DNA from: Schmidtea polychroa
Lineage: Eukaryota
DNA length: 64,000 nt
Assembly: GCA_044892525.1 (NCBI GenBank)
Contig: CM097885.1
Location: forward strand, 10,790,001-10,854,000
Direction: 5' to 3'
The position numbers and the translations under genes were made by a program. This document shows, piece after piece, positions 59,030 to 64,000 of the stretch; position 1 is the stretch's first letter; each line of letters begins with the position of its first letter. Under the pieces are notes generated by a model. The model was not told the origin of the DNA. It saw nothing but the letters and a program-made list of their open reading frames with translations, and did not search any database.

Positions 59030-59529
59030 TTATTTTCTTATTACAATAAATGCCATAATAACATTCATAATTACTAAAAAATTATTTTTTGAATTTATTT
59101 TTGAAAATTGAGCTTCATTTATTATTCTTTTTGACATGTTAAAATTATTGCATAGATCTTCGTAACAGCAAATCAAGCGTAACATATACGCTTTCTGAAT
59201 GATGTGGAAAGCCTTTTCATCACAGTAGTAAATATTTTCATCAACGCACGAGAAATTCCAGCTAACGTCTTCGGGAAAGATAAACATTTGCAACTAAAAT
59301 AACGTATTTATAAAAGTTTAAAATTCCAAATCTTATACAAACCCCACAAGCCATGCAGGGCTGGAGGGTCTTCATTTTCTGTATATCTCCATGATAGCAT
59401 ATAATTGAATCGCCAACTAATCCGGGAGGTAAAATATTAAGACGTTTGTGATATAATAAGTAAATTATTCTCACCTAGCCTTTGTATTTTATATGAAATA
59501 TATAAATATAATAGAAATTTTTTTATCAT
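59030..59529 (-). CDS. Ly6/uPAR (three-finger)-like small surface protein, 130 aa. Exons: 59529-59475, 59416-59343, 59293-59030
   Basis: Short hydrophobic N-terminus, IICY, CMAC, C, C, CCYEDLCN, hydrophobic C-terminus; 58- and 49-nt GT-AG introns join two ORF-track fragments in frame. Confidence 0.75.
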
Positions 59530-59848
59530 TAAAAAATTGATTAAAATATTTAGTTTAATATTCAGAAACATTTTATTTCTTTATTGAACAATTAAGGGAT
59601 TTTTTCGTTAATTCAAGCTAGTAAATTAATTTTTGCAAACACCTGTAACACGTAAAAAAAGTTTAAAAAATTAATGATCATATTTTAAAAATGAAAATTA
59701 GAAATGAAAATATGCAAGTTGGAATTGAGAAAAAAAGTCTATAAGAAGTCTAATATATATATCACATTCCAACTTTCCATGAGTAGTAGAGAAGCAAAGA
59801 AGAGAAATTTAAATTATAATTTATTCCAACTAATACTTTTTTAGAAAT

Positions 59849-60145
59849 ATGGAAAACGATGATGATGAAAAATATATGAGAAAAACATCGTGGATTTTTA
59901 GATTCATGAGGAGAAATGGATTAGGTATGCGTTGTTCCACCAGTGTCAGACAAAAATTACCTTTGGACTGGAAAGCAATAGTTGCAAAAATTAGATTGTT
60001 CGTCAATGAAAGTCTTTGTGAAGTAGATCGCCAATATTTCGGAAACATGGACTAGGTTTCGGTTAGTTTGGATCTCCCTAATTCTAGGATTGTCAATCTT
60101 AAGGGAGACAAATATGTGCCGGTTGCAACAACTGAACAATGAAAA
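59849..60145 (+). pseudogene. pogo-family transposase fragment
   Basis: WIFRFMRRNGL.MR..TSVRQKLP, GNMD*V...DLP...VNLKGDK.V.V.TT. Confidence 0.8.
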
Positions 60146-60325
60146 ATTTAACTTTGGAGTGCAGTTGCAAGAATATGTGTCAGAAACGGTTTCCTGAAAT
60201 CACTAAGCGATTCCTTGATGTCTGTAAAAAAGCAGTTGTAGACAATAACAATTGTATTTTTGAAAATGAACACTTTGTACCCAATGAAGTACACCAAACA
60301 CCACTGAGAACCGTTTCCTATAATA

Positions 60326-60731
60326 CAGTGTTTCCCAACAGGTGCATCGCGACACAGTTGTGTGAGACGAGAGATCTACCGGTGTGTCGCAAGATAAAAA
60401 TTTAAAAAACGAACTCCTGCTCTTCAGGAGCTTGCAAAATATTAAGATACATTTACCTTTATCATTCGAAAGCTTATGCTTTTTATAATGGAAAGTTATT
60501 TTTTCTGCAATTTATTGACCGCATAAATTATAATTTTTTGAATACCTCTTGTATTTTTTTTCAATGTTTTCTCTTCAGTGATGGTTAAAAATATGAATTC
60601 AAAATTCAAAATGCGATAGTATAACATTCAAACTTTAGAAAGTGAACAACTACATAATTTTTTTTTTACGAATGCAAAAAAAAGATCTATTTTTTGGTGT
60701 GTCGTGGGCTAGAAAAGGTCGGGAATCAGTG
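60326..60731. mobile_element. Non-autonomous hAT-like element
   Basis: CAGTGTTTCCCAAC ... GTCGGGAATCAGTG imperfect TIRs and internal GTGTGTCG motifs; TSD degraded. Confidence 0.65.
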
Positions 60732-62025
60732 TTTTATATGTTAGTTTGATTTAACGGTGCTTGTGTGTTAACTCCATGACCCTTCTAGTCGTTTTATTCG
60801 TTTATTTTATAATAATAATAAGCGTAAAATAAACTAGCCAGTATGCTGAATTACGTTAAAACATTCAGTGATATTGTTTCATTTGTTGCTTTATAGACTG
60901 ATATATAGACGACCCCATGAATAATAATGAAAACTTAGTGAGGGGTCCCAAGGAAAAGTTATTAAGTAAAATCAAATTAATTAAAAGTTATTAATCAGCT
61001 AGTGAGAATCCCGAGCTAATGAAAACCCGATGCGTATAGACAGCTGAGAAGTAAGGGAAGCACAAAAGATTATCAAATAACCAGAATAAGTTTAGATAAA
61101 GAATCAAAGAATGGGCCGAGCATTTTACTTGTTGAGGTAATTAAATCCGAAATGAAGGAATAATTGTTGAATAGCAATCAAATTTTTTTGAAAGACAGAG
61201 TGTAAAATCAGAGCTGTTGAAAAGCGAATTGCCAGTGGCATAGTACAGCAATAAAAAATTTGTGAATGTTTGCGAAGCTCCGAGAGAAACGAAAGATAAA
61301 ATCTAAGTGAAGTTAAAGAAAATTACAAATTATCTTACCAGATAAAGTGATTATTCATTGGGCAACCTACCTTAGATTATTTCGAAAGGAAGGTGCAAAC
61401 ACAGTGACAAGTTGTAATTGTGATAAAGATTCAATAAAGTGTTTTGTGTTGGTTTTTAGCTATTCGATTGCAATAATAAAGGTCAGGTTAAATTAACTGA
61501 TCCACAATTCAGCTATTTCAATGTGGTTTATTTAATATGGGTTTTTAAGACATATAATCAACAGTGAGGTCGAACATGGCAAGCAAACTAACAATGAAAC
61601 GACCTATGCTAAAACTTTTCATTTTACTTTATATTTAAATAAAATTATTTTCTAGGAAACAATGAAATTATTAATATGGATCAGGCTCTAATTCGAAATG
61701 TCCAAGCATGCGATTATGCCCCAGAAACAATTTTGGTTGGGGATGATTCTGATGGTTCTGATGAAAGTCTATCAAATTATTCCAATGATAATGATCGATG
61801 TAAGTTTTTATTTTTATTATAATAATAATGTAAAATAGATATAAAAATTAATTTAAATATATTTTTATAATAATTTTAAATATGTGCCAGCTGGGACTAG
61901 GTTTTAAAGATTTTTTTATTTATTTATTAAATCTATATGACCTACTTATTTCTGTATTAAAATGAATTTTATAATTTGTACCAGAAGGGACTATGTTTTT
62001 TACGAGCATTTGTGTCTGTGACCTA

Positions 62026-62027
<2 letters not shown>

Positions 62028-62111
<84 letters not shown>
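62028..62111. repeat. (TA)n microsatellite
   Basis: Direct. Confidence 0.98.
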
Positions 62112-62114
<3 letters not shown>

Positions 62115-62670
62115 TCAGAACGGACTAGATTTTTACGAGATTTTGACCTACTTAAAATATGATTAATTTGACGTGAAATACATAAAAAAAATCATGAAAA
62201 ACATTGAAATTCTTTAAAAAACAGAAAAATTTCAATGAAAATCATGTGAAAACTTAAATGTTCCGTGACCTACATAAAAATACTAGTTGATCTACTTCTT
62301 CAACAGGAAGGGGGTAAGGTGTTAGAAGGGACCTGTGCCAGCGGTGACCAATCAATCTACTGAGGGGGGAAATTGCAGTAAAACATAAGCAATTTAATGT
62401 CAATATTAGTACAGGACATATAATATTAAATATATCATTAATTTGAACACATGAGTCAATTTTAAGATTTAATTGTAAATGATTAACATAACTGTAAAAT
62501 AGTAAAGTTAAAATAAATTTGTATTGTATTACGCAACGTTCAATTAAATTGATTGGCATTCGGTCTTTGACCTTAGAATAACTTCAGTAAAAGTGATAAG
62601 TACAATAGTTTTATTTGTACATTCCTGAATAATGATTCAAAAAAATGTTAAAACATCTTAGTTTAAAGGT

Positions 62671-63052
62671 TCAATTCAAGTTGTTCAATAAAGCATTTGT
62701 TAAATTATTGGTCAGACGTTTGTTTTCGTATTCTTTAATGGCTTTTTTGTTAAACTGATAAGTTCGTTGCTTTTTCTTGTTAATTTGTTTGAAAAATCCA
62801 ACCCGCCTTAAATATCTAAAATCGAAAATCAACAGAAAATCCCAAAACAGAAAGCTTTCTACCGAATGCCTCTAGCAAAATTCTCGAAATTGCACGTGTC
62901 GTTTTCTTTGACGACCATCCAGTAATACGCCACCAGTTTTGAATTGACAATTTTGAAGGTCAAAGAACTTTTTTCTTCCCATCTGACGCAACCTTTATAG
63001 TATGGATGATTTAGCAAATCCAGGAGAAATATTAATAATCCAATCTGGTTTC
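62671..63052 (-). CDS. ETS-domain protein, last two exons (63052-62863, 62815-62671); 5' exons unresolved
   Basis: LLIFLLDLL, VRW, FKIVNSKLVAYYW, NFENFARGIR|YLRRVGFFKQINKKKQRTYQF across a 47-nt GT-AG intron. Confidence 0.85.
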
Positions 63053-63362
63053 CTAAGTTTACAACAAATAAAATAGGAAAATTCATGATTTTCATCACAA
63101 TATTTAATAGTTTTTGGTTTATAATAAAATTTAGTTGAACAATTAAAAATTCTGACTCATTTTTCTTTTACATTAATTATTTGACACTCAAAATATTTTT
63201 ATTACTACAAAACGCTTTGTACAACTTAATTTAATCACAACTTTAGTAAATTACAAATTCAAAACAGAATTTTCAAATTTTGTAGGTCGTCCTTAGAAAA
63301 ACCATTGTTTAATACAATGGCAGATCTCAAATTTCGATGCACTTTTAATTATATTAATTCGT

Positions 63363-63561
<199 letters not shown>

Positions 63562-64000
63562 TTGGGTTTTAGTTAATTTAAGTCCGTAAACTCTGACTCC
63601 TCGTGTCCTTTTAATCAAAACAATAAACTACCAAACGTATATTTGAATCACAAAAATTGTATTCTTTTCTCAACAATAAACAATCAATAATCAAAGTTAA
63701 GTTTGACCGATTCTCCGCTCGGTGTTGATAATGATAATATTCACCTTTTATTTCCCTAGGTTCTCTGGATCAATGTTTCCTTTTTCCTCTTTGACTCGAT
63801 CCTTTTTCACTTTTTCGTATTCCTAATCTCTATCTTCTCTTTCCCTAATCTCCTTAATTCGTCTTTGTCTTCTCCTATCTAATCTTCTTCTCAAATCCTA
63901 GCTGAGGCAAAATGCCGATTTGCTCTGATTTTCCCATTCCTTATATAGTCTTCGAAATCGAGATGACAAATGGTTATTGCCGAGCCTATCTCTCACTTGA

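Noticed and set aside
62254..62559. Ephrin-like motif VQINDIFNIICP
   Set aside because: Only a short resemblance; no consistent exon structure or further ephrin cysteines found

Overview
Very AT-rich animal genomic DNA with (ATT)n microsatellites, 41-58 nt GT-AG introns and a TRAF gene; this combination suggests a planarian-like flatworm (inference). Positions 1-47.9 kb are a nest of Polinton/Maverick-type elements. The central element (10395-34068) has AGTAGTAGG termini and a perfect 6-bp target duplication (AGAACA). Its only intact gene is a ~1236-aa protein-primed DNA polymerase B that the ORF track shows as four pieces; it reassembles across six 41-50 nt phase-1 introns. I found no capsid, ATPase, protease or integrase gene inside it. 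Its left end carries an inverted 2355-bp copy of its own right flank. Related elements with different outer termini (ends at 8532, 26189, 47119) share modular sub-terminal DNA: TCAAGGTCA/TGACTCA arrays, a 16-13-16 palindrome, a ~90-bp palindrome-plus-iteron motif (16 copies) and a ~2-kb non-coding unit (3.5 copies). The rest holds decayed Polinton genes, piggyBac, hAT and pogo remnants, a PHF14-like pseudogene and host genes (TRAF, Ly6/uPAR-like, ETS domain). All calls were made by eye; no searches were run, and coordinates of degenerate features are approximate.
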